Of a DNA stretch of 64,000 nucleotides, positions 36,603 to 50,800 are shown piece after piece (positions within the stretch are counted from its first letter, which is position 1; the number at the start of each line of letters is the position of its first letter). The notes beneath the pieces were generated by a model, which worked only from the letters and a program-made list of their open reading frames with translations, had not been told where the DNA came from and made no database searches. Source of the DNA: Vitrella brassicaformis CCMP3155 (taxonomy: Eukaryota; Protista; Chromerida); contig CDMY01000249.1 in NCBI GenBank assembly GCA_001179505.1, forward strand, positions 84,740 through 148,739. Reading direction: 5' to 3'. A program made the translations under genes and the position numbers.

Positions 36603-39231
36603 ATGACCTGTGGCTTATTCATCGCACTTACCCTTTTGCTGACCCGTGTCTGTCCGGCGGCTATTCGCAAGACAGCACAAGCCAACCTCTCGTCCAACCG
36701 CACTGTCCCCTCTTCTTTCGTCGTGCAAACAACAGCAGCAACAACCGACCAGAAGGCACGAAAGTCAAGGCAAGACGAGCCCGACGGCGAGAGTACCGAG
36801 CCCCGTTCCTTCGCGGGCCTTTCCCAGGGCGAGACATCCCGTTCTCGCACGACAGGTTTTGTTGGCGGTCGAGTCTTCGAAAACGTGGCGTCTCGGGCGA
36901 GCCATCCGAAGGAAATGTACAATGACGTGGCGGCAATAGAAGAGGACATGTCCACAGAACATCGGGACGCTGTTCTGCACGTCAACGAGGCCAATCGTAA
37001 GACTAACATTCCATCAAGCCATGACCTCGAGGTCCACACAGGCCCCAACCCTGACTTTTGGCTGAGCAATCCCCCAAGGGGGCCGATAAGGGACGGATAC
37101 GCGCGTAGGCGACGCCACTCATCCACAACATACACGCCTACTTCTCGTGTGTCTCTGCAGAGAACTTCGATCAGGACCAGATCCTCGATCCGACCACAGC
37201 CGGCCAGTCGTACCTCCACAACCTCGCAGAGGCGCCGTCAGGCTTCCATCAGTATGCCGTGCGGCAGTCCATGACCAAACGAATGGACCCCGGGATGATC
37301 ACTTCACAAGAGACATCATCCGGGATGATCGCATCCTCGCGAATGGACCCCGGGACGATCGCTTCGCAAAAGACGTCTTCCGGCATGGGGCCCCTCCCCC
37401 CTGGCGCGTCGTGGGTGCCGTCGCCGGGCGGCACCAGATATCTGCGGATCATGACCTTTGACGTGCAGATGTACATTGCCCCGTGCCTAAGGAAAAAGAA
37501 GGGTGGGCGAGGGAGGGGAGATGGTGTCATATAGGGTGAGAGACACACTGGGTTGTGTGTGTGTGGTCAGGTGCGAAGGAGTGTTTCTACATATGGGAGG
37601 GGTGCAACTCCAAGGACGCGTCGATATGTGCGGTGGAGCGCATCCTCGAGCTCATAAGGACATCCAAAGCAGACATTGTCGCACTGCAGGTAATTACGAT
37701 GGCCAATACCACACGCACTACCAACCTACTTGCGTGTCTCAGGAGCACCACGCCCAAGTTCCGGTTGAGGACGAAGTCTACAAAATGGTCATTGAGAAAT
37801 GGGTGCATTGATTAGGAGGGTGCATGAGTGTGTGTGTATGTTTCTTGTCGTGCAGTGGGTGGTGGCCCCTGCGGGTCAGGTGGGCTTCTTCAGCAACGCC
37901 ATCCTCATCCGCCGCAAGAGCGGCATCCGCGTCAAGAACTCATTCGCATTCCAAATAAGGAGAGAAGATGCAGAAGTGCCCGAAATGCCACCGAGGTCAG
38001 CCCGCGTGCGGCCAACATCACAATAGCCTTTTGGCACCTGCCCCTTGCTCATTCAGATCTGCCGCAATGCTGTGGACTGAGATTCCCCACATCGGGCCAG
38101 TGGACATCGTCTCATGCCATCTAGTAAGAATGAACACTACGAGATTGTGCGCAGCTCCCATATGCCGTCATGTCTCGCTGTCGGTCAGGCCGGTGGTCGT
38201 TTCGACGACTTTCACTGGGAGCGTCTGATCGACGAGCGGGAGAAGGAGCTGCAGAAGATCGCCTCACACAAGCGGCCAGGCATCCCCATGATCATCGCCG
38301 GCAACTTCAACACTCACTTCAACGACCCAGAGGTAGGCTGGACAGTACGCCTACCCAATGTGTGACTCGGTCGACGCTCATTTGACAGGTGGTGTTGCCG
38401 ATCATCCGCAACCACCCCATCTACCGCAGTCTGGCGGAGAGCGAGTGCACCAGGAGGGACGGCTTCCAGAGATACATGACCAGCGGACACGAATGGCTGC
38501 AGGAAAACGTATGCAGAAAGAGAGAGACACGTCTTTTTTCTGCCACTTTGCTCTTCCTGCTTGTGGTTGTGCGTCAGGGGTTCTTCCCGGCGTACACGCC
38601 CAAGGAGTTCCTTCCGTGTGAAGAAGAGTTCTCCCCCACAGCCCTGCTGCAAGAGAAGGCCCACAAGTCAAAGTCCAAGTCGCCCATCAACCCCACCAGC
38701 CCAAACAGCAAGATCAGCATCAACATCAACTCCTCATCGCCCCAGATCAGCCCGCCCTCTCTGCCTTTCCTCAAGCCGACCCCACAGCTGGCACACGACA
38801 AGCCCACCACATACAACGAGACGGGCGTCTTTTCCTCACTGCAAAGGGAGGAGAGAAAGCACGGCGGAGGGGCAGGGGTGTTCGGCAACCTGGCGGTGCC
38901 ATCCATGTCGGAGCTGCAGGCGGCCCAGAGGGCCTTCTATGGGCTGAATGCCACCAGGCAGAGAGTTGGTGCTGGAGTGGGGCCGTTCTCGTCTGCTGCT
39001 GGTGGCGGGGGTGGTTACTATAGCAGTGTGGGCGGGCTGAGGGGTCAGTGTCTCAACAGCAGGAAGTGCTGCCTCAAGAGCAACTGCCAGGCAGGCGCAC
39101 ACACTGAACGAAAGAACACACACAGGCAGGGAAACATGTGTGTCTCCATCCACTGCGTGGGTGCAGGGGCTGTGTTACAGCACCAAGTTCGGCGGCATCA
39201 CCGACTGGATATACTTATCGGTACACACACA

Positions 39232-39267
<36 letters not shown>

Positions 39268-39658
39268 AAGACACGTTTGAGTACTACACACTTGTGCTGT
39301 GTACACCAAAATGTCAGAGCGACCTGATGACGCGGCTAGCGGCGCAGCACAGCAACTTCTTCCTCAGCGGTGTGTGGCGCGAGATATGGCTGTTCGACGC
39401 CATCGGGACCGACACGTTTGTGAAGCGGTGCGGCAACCTGGAAATCACTGACAGCATGCTAAGCGAAGAGTCACTCAGCCACCACAACGCCATTATGGTA
39501 CTGACTGAGACTGCCTGTGTCACTCATGATGTATCTGTGTGTGTGTGTGTGTTGTGCAGGTTGAGTTTCAGCTGCCTTGCGACCCGAGGTCAACGGTGCT
39601 GCACAAGCGTGTGCATTGGAGTGAGTGCTTCGACGTCGACCCACACATGCAGGCTTAG
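36603..39658 (+). CDS. Secreted endonuclease/exonuclease/phosphatase (EEP) fold protein
   Basis: Signal peptide MTCGLFIALTLLLTRVCPA; RIMTFDV, ADIVALQE, FSNAIL, IVSCHL, MIIAGNFN, TDWIY and LSHHNAIM in EEP order. Confidence 0.8.
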
Positions 39659-40430
39659 GAAGGACGGAGGGATGGATGGTAGTGCCTGTGAGAGAGAGAG
39701 AGAGAGAGAGACAGTCGTGTGAGAGATAGAATGGAGGATGGCTGAATGAGAATGACAAGTAAATAAGTGCATCGATAGGGGTCCATCCATCCATCCATCC
39801 ACACACACACTCACTGCAGGCATCCATGAGGGTCAGATGCTCCGTCCTTACACATCAATGCACCCAACACATGCACACACACACACACATACAGGTACAC
39901 ACGTGTGTGTCGTGAGGTCATCTACACCTCCAGCCATCGACAGACAGACAGCATGCAGCGATAGAAGGAGCATAGGAAAAGAGAGCGACACAAGGTGAGT
40001 GACTGGCAAAAGCAAACACGCCGGCTGTGTTGTGTGTTTCGGCCAGGCATCTCTTGAAGACGGCCTCTAGCGTACACCACCACACACTGCACCCGACCAG
40101 CACCCACCAGCATTGAAAAGCGGGCATGCACACGCACATACACAACGCATCAGCGGCCGTGTCTGTCGTCATCATCGCCTTAAATACACACATACACTCA
40201 CGGATCCGTTCCAAAAAGTAAGTACTCTCTGTGTGCGGCTATGTGTGACCGGCAGGCCTCCACCCCCACCCCGCACGCAGCTCTCGGGGATCACCTTGTC
40301 AGATATCCCCGGGCATCGTGTCGGGGGAAGGCGGCAGTTGGCCACACACTGGCCATACAGAATCAGCGAATAGCGAGCAATGGGAGGACAAGGAAGGAAT
40401 GTGTGGACATGGGTGTGCGTATGCGTCTGT

Positions 40431-41343
40431 CTATTTGGTCTCGATGAAGCTCTTGATGCCGGTAAGCCAGTTCATGTACTCGCGTTGCTCCTGACAGACG
40501 CACACACAAGACAGGCAAGTCACACACACACAGACACACGTCATGTGGATAGGTCGTGTGTGAGTGCATGTATTGGTCTGGGTGGCTGTGTGGTGTGACC
40601 TTGTCGACGGCGCATGCATCAATAAAGTCGCAGAGCTCCTCCCCCACACCCAATGTCGCCAGCCACTCGTCCATCCGCTCCTGCATGCTCTGCAAAGCAA
40701 ACCCCCATCAACGCACACACATTTGGGGTAGACATGAGCTGTCAGGCGCTGTATTGCTCAATGACTGACAGGCTCACCTCGTCAAGGTCTTCGAACTCAG
40801 GTCCGTTGTAGCTGCTGGCATTGTCCTTCTCCTCCGCAGTGGCGAAGTACTTGACGTTGCCAATCATAAACTGACAGATTACCGGATGACATACACACCA
40901 CAGCCGCAGGGATACACATGCCACACACACACGCACACGCACAGGCGCTGTGTGTGTCTTCGATGGATACCCGGTGTGATGGGTCTGTGCTGTCTGTGGT
41001 GCAGTAGAAGATGACGCCCGTGCTGTCCTTCTTCTCAACCGTAATGGAGAAGTCAGTGGGGGTGCTCTCCTCACCACCCTCGCCCTCGCCGCCCTCATCC
41101 TCCGGATTGTAAGGACTGACATGACATGACATGACGCCACACACACACACAGACACACCAGGTCCATTTATGTACGCCAACCAGCAAGGGCAGTGCCTTG
41201 TTTACGTTGAGAGCTGGAACTCGACAGAGACTTTGGTGCCGTCGACCTCCTTGGTGAGGACCATGTTGACGTCGGCAGTCTTCTCCTCAAACTTCCACTC
41301 CTTCTTGTCCAGGAAACGCTGCACACGCACACACAGGCAGGCA

Positions 41344-41387
<44 letters not shown>

Positions 41388-41796
41388 CGGGGCACAGTGA
41401 ATGCACCCCCGATGGCAGCAGCGGGTGTGCATTGCAGTGCTTGTTCCCTGCTCACCTGAATGATCGGCGGCTTCTCGTACTGTGACTTCTCGTGCGAGAT
41501 CTCATTCGCCACCACCTCAGACAACTTGGACGACGCTGACAACGCCGCCACAGCACACAAACCAAACACCCGTCCGCGTGTCCGCTCTGCGCTGCGCGTG
41601 TGTCTCATCTCAGCCCTGCACTCAGCCGCCCACCCACTCACTCACCGCTGTCAGCGAAGAATCGGCACTGCACGGCAGGCAAGAGCTGCCTGCTCACCAT
41701 AGATGAGTTCACCAGACGAGGCACAACCGCGCCGGCAGATGCAGGCCTCTTGCTCAGCCCACGGGCAAGCTGAGAAAGCGCAAAGCGAGTCGCCAT
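40431..41796 (-). CDS. MAM33: Mitochondrial acidic matrix glycoprotein (MAM33/p32 family)
   Basis: Arg/Ser-rich presequence MATRFALSQLARG; EISHEK; YNGPEFEDLDE; EQREYMNWLTGIKSFIETK*. Confidence 0.9.
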
Positions 41797-41922
41797 CGCG
41801 GGAGCGGTGCAGTGGGAGGGGAAAGAAATGCAGGGCTGCAAAGAACGAAAAGGCGCACAGAGATCTGCAAGAAGCTCGCAAGGTTAGGATTGCGATGCGT
41901 TTCACGCTTAGAAGAAAGCGTG

Positions 41923-44858
41923 ATGAAGACGTGCTTCTATGAAGTGCTTGGCGTGGAGCCGAGAGCCACTGCCGATGAGGTATGCAGACAGACAATCAGA
42001 TGCATGGCTTGATGAACGTCCTGTCTGTCTGTGTGTCTGTGTGTTTCCGTCAGATCAAGAGCGCCTTTCGCAAGCTGGTGAGCACAGTCGACCACAGACA
42101 ACGCATCTTGTGCAATTGATTCATGTCGGTAGTCTGTTTCCTTCCTTTGATGCATCTGTCTGTCCACGCCAGGCGCTCAAGTGGCACCCTGACAAGAACC
42201 GCGACAACCAAGAGGAGGCCACACAGGTCCGTAGACTCGCACACATAAGCATACTCCATTTCACCGGATGTGTTGCGTTGTGCATGTTGGTGTGGATGTG
42301 TGATGTGTGCTGTTATGGCCGAGCAGAAGTTCCAGGAGCTGCAGGAGGCTTATGAGACCCTCTCTGACGCACAGGAGAGAGCGTGGTACGCCACAGACAG
42401 AAACAGAGACGAGAGCAAGCCAACGACGCTCGCCGCGCGTGTGTCTGTGTGTGCGCTTGTCAGGTATGACAGCCACAAGGAGCAGATCCTCTCGGGAGGT
42501 ACGTACGCTGCACACGACAGGCAGACAAACCGATGCTGCCACGATTGACTGACACGATTGCCACATCCGTTTCCCCATCTTGCCTTCTCCGCACAGGGGA
42601 TGTGTCTGACGGGGGGGTCAAGGCGGCCACTCGAGTGGACATCTGGCACTACTTCACCACGACGGCCTACAAGGGGTTCGGTGACGATGGGAGTGGCTTC
42701 TACAGCGTCTACAGGGAGGTGTTCGCCAACCTGGCGGCCGAGGAAGAGGACCACCTCAGTGACGATGAAGACGAACTCGTGAGCGACCGGATGGATGTGG
42801 CGAGGTGGTGGACTTGACGCCCTGCCCTGCCCTGCCCTTCTCTCTGTTGGTTTTTTGGTTGGTTTGTGCGTTTAGGGTGCGCCTTCTTTCGGTGACTCGC
42901 AATCGAGCTGGAAGGTAAAAAGCAGGGAGGAAGGAATGTGTCACATGAGCAACCACCACAGCCATGCATGGCGTCTGCTGTGTGCGTATGTATGTAGGAT
43001 GTGGCTGCCTTCTACACCTGGTGGAGCAACTTCGTCAGCAAGAAGCCTTTCGGATTCGCCGACCAATACAACCTCAAAGAGGTATGTAACACACACACAC
43101 ACACACACACACGCACACTGCCCACTTCTCTCTCCCATGCACCATTCGCTCACCAGGCCCCCGATCGCCGCTACAGGCGGGCAATGGAGCAAGGTACGGC
43201 GACCACTAATGCAGCAACGGTCTGTCTGTCTGCCTGTCTGTCTGTCTGTGTGCAGAGAATCAGCGGTTGCGGAAGCGCGCCAAGAAGGAGTTCAACGACA
43301 CTGTGAGGGCACTGGTGGCCTGGGTCAAGAAGAGGGACAAACGAGTCATTGCCAGAAGGGTACACACATCACACCACGGGCCACACGCACACACACACAC
43401 ACATGCAGCGGCGCATCTGTGCTTGTGAACATTGCCTCTGTCCGTGCAGGAGTCCGAGGCAGAGCGTGAGAAGAAGGAGAAGGCCGACAAGGAGCGGGCC
43501 AAGAAGGTCGCTGAGCAAAACAAAAAGAAGCAGGTGACTGACTGACAAGGGATTCCCCCGCACACACGCCCTCATGCGCACATGTCGTCTCACTTCTGGT
43601 CAGCGTGAGCTGGCCCGTGCGGCTGAGTTGGAGCGGTGGGCTCAGGTGGACAAGGAGAGAGAGGTGAGTGAGGTACCCTCACCACACAATGACACACGAC
43701 ACAATCAAGTGGCACACCACCACACTACGGCGCCCCTTCCTTGATTGATTCATGCTCATGCAGGAGGGCGACGAGGGCAACCCCTACTCTGAGGAGTCGG
43801 AAGACGAGCAGGAGGAGGGCGTCGTCTACTTCTGCGACGTGTGCAACAAGCAGTTCGGCTCAGAGAAGACGCTGCAGTCCCACGAGCGGTCCAAGAAACA
43901 CATGCAGGCCCTCGCCGCACTCAAGAGAGAGATGGAGGAAGAGGTCAGTGGGCAATCGGCACAACAGAACAGACGGCATACGGACGAATGTGCTGTTGGA
44001 GGAATGTGTGTGCGTCGTGTGTTTGTGCCGGTCGGTTGCCAGGAAGATCTGATACGCCAGGATGGTGAGCCTGCTGCGGCTGGAGAAGCGGAGAACGGTA
44101 CTGATGATGCCGACGAGGGCGACCAGCAGGATGGGTGTAGTGATGACGCCGCCCCCGCCCCCAACGTGAGCAGGAAGAAGGCCAAGAAACAACAGAGGAG
44201 ACAGCAGCAGCAGCAGCAGCAGCAACCACCACCACCACCACACCACCACCACAAGAGAGGCCAAGAGCAAGACGTAGATGACGCTGACCTCGACGAGCTG
44301 CTGGAGGACGATCTAGCCGACGGCCCCTCTATGCCAGGTGTGTCTTCCTCTTACAAGAGTAAGAAGCAGCGGAAGCAGCAGCAGAAGAGGCAGCAGCAGG
44401 CCAAGATGCAACAAGAAGATGAAGAGGACAGCGATGATGAAGGACAAGACGACGAGGAGGATGAGGATGAGCCCATCGACGAGGACCTGCTGCACAGCTT
44501 CGCCAAGGCCAACATCAGGACAGATGCCCCTGCACCACCACCAGCGGCAGCAGCGGCTTCATCAGACACCAAGAACGGCTCTTTCGATGAGGGCACATCA
44601 GACCAGGGCCGCGACAAGGGAAGGAGGAAGGGCGGCGGCAAGCAGGCCAAGAGGGGCGGTGGCGACACTGCTGCTGCTGCTGCTGCAGCTTCAGCCCCAG
44701 CCCCAGCAGCGGCAGATGTGCATGAGTGTCAGGTGTGCAGTGAGCGGTTCGAGAGTCGGACCAAGCTGTTCAAGCACATCAAGGAGGTGGGCCATGCGGC
44801 GCTGAAAGAGGCGCCGCCGCAGACCAAGGGAGGGAAGGGCAAGAAGAAGGGCAAGTGA
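41923..44858 (+). CDS. DNAJC21: DnaJ protein with C2H2 zinc fingers (DNAJC21/Jjj1-like)
   Basis: [42 protein letters not shown]; fingers [23 protein letters not shown] and [23 protein letters not shown]. Confidence 0.92.
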
Positions 44859-45268
44859 CGCTGACGCGTGTCTGTGTGTGTGTGTGTGCGTGAGTGATGG
44901 AGGTTGGCAGTTTTGACGGTTGCTTGCTGCATTGCATCTGTTTTGACGGCTGATGGATGCTCACTGATTGAATTGAAGGAATCAATCAAACTCATGTGTC
45001 CGTCAGCCAGCCACTGCACACATGCAGTGCACGGCACCCACACACCTATACACTTAACACATACAGATTGGTCTCATCACTCCGGCCCACCCATCCCGAC
45101 AGCAACACACTTCCCCTGGTACAGCCTCACTCTCACCTAAAACAGCACAACACACACACACAGACAGACACAGACACAGAAACAGAGAGATCATGCATTG
45201 GGGTGTAGCTCAGCGCTACAGGGGGCCACTCATTGAGTGCACGTGGGCAAGTGAAGTGCCCCCGCCTA

Positions 45269-47746
45269 TCATGGCTGATCTGTGTTGGCTCTCTGCACGT
45301 CACGACGACCCCAAGGGCGGTGGGTTGAGTCAGTAGTCACAACACGCTCTCTCGGGGAGATACCAAGTGCAATCGGTCGACCTCTCCATTCACACCTCCC
45401 TGTCTGTCTGCCTGCCCCGTGTGTGCGTGCCTTTCCGTTGCGTACCTGTGTTGTGTGTCGGTCGGGAAGCGACAAGTGGGCACTGCACAGCGAGCGACAA
45501 GCAGTCAGTCCATCAGATGACAACCCACCCCAGACAAAAGGACAAAAGTCAGACAGAAACAAGGAGGAGTGGCGAGAGCCAAAAATACGCTCGTCAATCA
45601 TTGACGGGCAGGAACTGCCGCCATTGGGGCTTTCACACCCGCACTCGAGTGACTGCAAGCACCAGTCAGCTGGGCTCTCAGACACTCGACGCGCAGCGTG
45701 GGACGCCGCAACCGACGGACACCCCACAGCACTTGAACCGAAGAGAACGCTCTTCTTCCCTCTCTCCCTCCCTCCCTCTCTATACACCATACATACATAC
45801 AGTCCAGCCCGTCTCCCTCCCTCTTCAGCAGCCAGCTACAGGAATACGACCGCTTTGCTGCCGGTCATCAAGTTCCACTGCAGCCGACACTGCCGCCGCA
45901 GTCCCCACAGCCAACCGCCCAACGAGAACCGGCCAACCTAACACCACGCAATGCACACACATGGATCACCCGTCCATCCAGCCATTCATCGGCCTTGTTC
46001 CCCCACCATCAACCCACCTGCTTGGACTGGCTCGTGTCGCGGTCATCCGACGATACATGAGCCGTCTCCGCCAGCCCGCCTTGCCGCTCACCCCGAATGC
46101 GCTCCATCGCCCTCCCCACTGCCTCAGCCAGCCTGCGATGGCTCTCAAGCCCAGCAGGGAAATACACCGTCACCACAGGCACCTCACCACCTGCACCAGT
46201 GGCAGCAGCAGGCGCCACACAGATGAACGGCTGCAGCAGGAAGAGCAGGTGCCTCCTCGACAGCAGCAGGATGGCCACGGCTGTGAGCCTGCAGCCAAGT
46301 GGGGGCCGCTGGACGGCGTTGTCGTACGGTGGGATGGGTGGTGGGGGGGTGAGGACGGCCGTCATGTTGGTGAGGGTCAGCTCGGTGGCGTCGAGGGACA
46401 GGAGCCGAGCGCTGGGGGAGCTGTAGAGCTGGTGCAGCACATACTGCAACACACCCTTGTCAATCGACCCGCCTGTGTGTGCACAAGAGGACAGCCAGCC
46501 AGAAGGAAGAATGGACGACCGTCAGCCTCTAGAGCCTTTCCTCGCCGCGGCACATGCCCTCCCGTGGCTCACCGATGTGCAGCTGCACCAGAGTCGCCCT
46601 TGACGTCTCCCACACAACCTGCACACACCGAACACACACACAAAGGGAGGGAAATGGCTCTACGCTGTCTGCGACCTTCTCTTTGCCCGCTCACCTGCGC
46701 GACGTGCTCCACCAGGCCCTGCAGGGGCTGCGCCGCAAAATTCAGCTTCACCCTCGCCAGCCCATTCTCCCGCACCCCCCTCACGCCCGTCGCCACTGGG
46801 GCCAGATTCAGAGACGGTGGAATCATCGACATGTCCAGCTCTTCCAGGCGGCCGATGTGCGGCCAGGAGTGGGAGTCCGTCACGGTCTTCGCTGGCATCC
46901 CCGGCCGACTGTAGAAGCTGACCTTGAGAGTGCGGAGCGACTGTGCGGTGGCTGGTGTCTTGTGCAGCGTGCTGAGCAGGTCGATGGCGTGTCGGGTCTT
47001 GAGCTTCATCAGGACCAGATGGCGGAGGCCGGGGAGGGATGAGAGGAGCTTCTTGAGAGCAGTTTGCCGGCGGCCTTGCAGTGGAGGTACGCGCGCGAGG
47101 GAGATGGTGGCCTTCTCGGTGCTGCGGAAACGGTCGAACGAGATGCGCGCGCGGGACATGCTCTTGGTCAGCGCGTCATCAAGATGGAGCGCTGAAAGAA
47201 AGAGCAGGACCCACACACACAACGATGATGCATGCAGGTGTGCATGGGCTCTCTCTCGGCCATTTCCTCACCTTGGTAGCACTCGGTCGCCCTGCTGTGC
47301 CGCTCGAAAGCCCGACAGACGCACGCCGCCCGACCCAGTATGTCCTTGACCGACAAAAAAGTCATGACGTGTCGCACCACAGGCACCGGCAGCACCGAAA
47401 TACGGCCCTCCTCAGCAACGTCGTCGTCACTGCCGTCCTTGTCCCCGCCCAGCGCCCGTCGCGCAGCCCCGAATACGTCGGCCGCCCTCACGCGGTCTTC
47501 GCGCAATGCACGGTGCAGTCCCTCCTTCATGACGGTCCGCAGACTCTCGTCGTCAAGCAGGCTGGCCAGCAGCTGGTCGAAATGCAGGTCCAGCAGACGG
47601 TGAGCCTCCAGCTTGTTTTCGTACTCGTTGCTGCAGACGGGCGGCTCCCTGACGGCATTGTCCCTCGGTCCAGAGGGAGAGTCGGTGGCTCCCGACACGG
47701 CTTCATCGGAAGCAGCTGATTCGCCTCTCTCCTGCTGATTTGTCAT
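45269..47746 (-). CDS. F-box protein with LRR-like C-terminus, multi-exon; 3' end uncertain
   Basis: ISVLPVPVVRHVMTFLSVKDILGRAACVCRAF is F-box-like, followed by LRHLVL / LRTLKV / LEELDM repeats. The gene may stop at 45836 or continue to ~45269. Confidence 0.65.
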
Positions 47747-47867
47747 CCTCTTTTCTTCGGCAAACACCTTGACCTCGCGCGAGCAGTTTCACGCAACGTC
47801 CTAATTTTGCGAGCTTAGAATACAACACTCGCCTGTTTCAGATCTGAAGGAGTCGCTGAGCGAGAGC

Positions 47868-50800
47868 ATGGCTGCAGCGTCATCATCGGCCTCGCCGCTG
47901 TATCTGTCAGCGCCTCTTTACACATGGGAGGTGCGTCAAGCATGAGCACACAGACCGACAGATGAAGGGCGGGCATCTACGCTGCCTGCCTGCCTGCCTG
48001 CCTGTGTATGTGTGTATGCGGCGGTGCAGGTGTCGGGCGAGGACCACGTGAGTTACGATGAGTTCCACCAGCGTGTGCTGCACCAGCAGCCCGAGGGCTT
48101 CTTCGCCATCGACATTGCCAAGGAGGGACTGGCAAGGGACGGACTGCTCGTCAAGTAAAGGGATACATCGGTGGATGGATGGATGAATGGATGGATTGGC
48201 AGACCTCATTCGCGTGCTGTGGTGTGTTGTGTCAGGTTCCGTCCCGTCCGCGCCATCCGGTTCTCGCCTGACGGCAGCTACTTCGCCTACCTCGCAGACA
48301 CCAAACCGCCAACCATGGTCAGACAGACACATACCAATGACCCATGTGATGGACGTATGCACTTCTTTCCTGTCTGTCTGTCTGTCTGTGTGTCTGCCTG
48401 TGTGTGTCCTGAAGGGTGCGGTGAACGTGTTGCATCCCGAGACGATCGACGTGCCGGTGCCGCTGCGGACGGCGGGTGGCGACTGGACCATACTGGCCTT
48501 CTTCTGGCTCCCGGCCGTCTATGTGGAGTTCGCTGACCTAGTGGTCGTCTCGACCATGGGAATCGATGTCTACCGGGTGGGTGTGATGTGACCGGGGGCT
48601 GGGTGTGGGCACTTGATGCGTGTGGATGCTATGTGTGGCAGTTTACGTATGACACATTGACGGTCAAGCACCTGCGTCGCTTTCCCGCCACGGCATCCAT
48701 CTGCTGGTATGAGGTGAGCCAACAGGCGAGAGAAGCCGTTGCGTGTCGATCGACGCCCACGTGTGTGTAACCTTCAATCAGAGCTCCTCTGGCTTCGTTG
48801 TGCTGGCCACCGGGCCGCGAACTCTGCAGCCATACCTCCTCTACTGCAAAGTACGGCAAGACACCAGGCATTAGTTCGGTCACTCTCCCTCTCTCTCTCT
48901 GTGTATGTGCAGACGCCCACGAAGCTGCCCAAGTTCGAGTTGAATCTGCAGCGTCACGGCAGCCTCGAGGCGCAGGACGTGGCCATCATGACCCTTTACG
49001 AGTGGACCTTCTGCATCCACATGGACACCATGGCCGGCCGGGTCGCACTCAGATCCCTCTCAGGACCACACCCTGTCAGTGATCCACGCACGCACACACA
49101 CCGACGCCACTCACTCGCCGGCTCTCGTATGCCATCCTCTGTGTGCATCAGGCGGACATAGTGCTGGATGTGCAAGGCCCCGGCCCCCTGCGGCTGTCCC
49201 GTGTCGACAACCTGCTGGTGGTCCACCGGCTGGACAAGTGCATCTCCCTGATATTCGACATCAAGCAGGGCAAGACCCTCACCCCCATCTGCAGGCCAGC
49301 CCCCCTGGCCGTCAGGCACGAGGGCTCCGGCCCTGACGACTATGCGGGTGGTGGTCTGCTGTCACTGGGGAGCGGGATGCGTGGCGTGGGTGTGGTTGGT
49401 GAGGTGGAGGGGCATGGCGAGGACGACGCCGTGTCGGTGACGGACTCGCACTCGTCGGTCGAGCTCTGTAAGCTGGAGGGAGCGGCGGTGTGTGTGTGTG
49501 ACGTCATAGGTAGCCTGTGTGGTTCATTGTGTTTGTTGGATATTGTCAGATTCGCCTCAGTGGCGGTTTGTGAGTGCCGACATGATCGTCGACGAGGGAG
49601 GTAAATGTGTGTGTATGTTAAAGAATACACAAAAGAGGGAGGGACCCGGGTCGATGCTGGTTGTTTCTTTCTGTCAGCTGGTGTGGTGTATCGGCTGGAG
49701 CTCAACATGGATGCCGTCGCCGATGAACTCATGCAAATCAGCAAGGTGGGGAGGGGACTATATAGGACGCTCTCGCCTCTATTTGTCCACCCACCCGTCC
49801 ATCATCCCGTTAGGTTGAGGTGGTTCGTGTGTTGCTGCGGCGCATCAACTGCCGCCCGCGAGTCGTCAGCACACTCAGGAAGGCACTCGACCAACAGTAA
49901 GACAAGCAGGCACGCAGGCAGACCACTCGACCTGCTCACAACAACATGTGTCTTTCTTTCTGTGGTGTGCAGGGCGCCATTGGAGGATCTTGCCTTGCTC
50001 TTTTCGGTGCTCAACCAGGTGTACAGGGCCGCTATAGAAAGGTGACACCGACAGACACATCACAACCACAGACAAGGCCAACAGAGATGGCCATTCCTCC
50101 TGTCCTGTTGTCTGTCAGGGTGCCTCACAAGGTGGCGGCCGCCACCACGCGCCGCGCGACCGTCTCACTCGACATGCTCCTGCAGTTCGTGGTAGGGGCG
50201 TATGTGCGGCCACACAACCCACACACACAAAACCGAGACACGATCGCTTTGTGTGTGTGTGCTTCTGGTGCGATGCAGGGGCAGCAGACCATCTTGACCG
50301 AGAAGGACGTGGTGCTGGAGGTCATGTACCCCTATCTCCTTGCCATCGCCAAGGCACCCCCAAACGCCCCCATCCTCGAGCTCGCCTACCAGCGACGATT
50401 CGGCCCGCCAACACAACCAGCAGCACCGGCAGCAGCCAGGGAAGGTGATGGTGGTGGCGGTGATGGCGAGGGCGAGAAGGGGATGGATGAGCTGAAGAGT
50501 GACGGGGTGCCGTATCTGATGAGTGTGGCGCTCGAGTACATGAGGAGTCTCCTCAACCTGCAGATACTGCCGCACAGGATACTGCAGGCCTTTGTCTTCG
50601 AGGTGGGGGTCTTCTTCGAACAAGGTACGTGCAAGGTGTAGACACAGAGGAGCACTGTCGATTAGCACATGCATGTGTGTGGCGTTGGCCGGCAGACTCC
50701 CTGCTGCAGCAGCTGCTGCAGTATCACGTGCTGCTCGACTCCATCGACCTGGCCCAAAGGTACGCAAAGACACAACGGACACGGCTCTGAGAGCCTTCAT

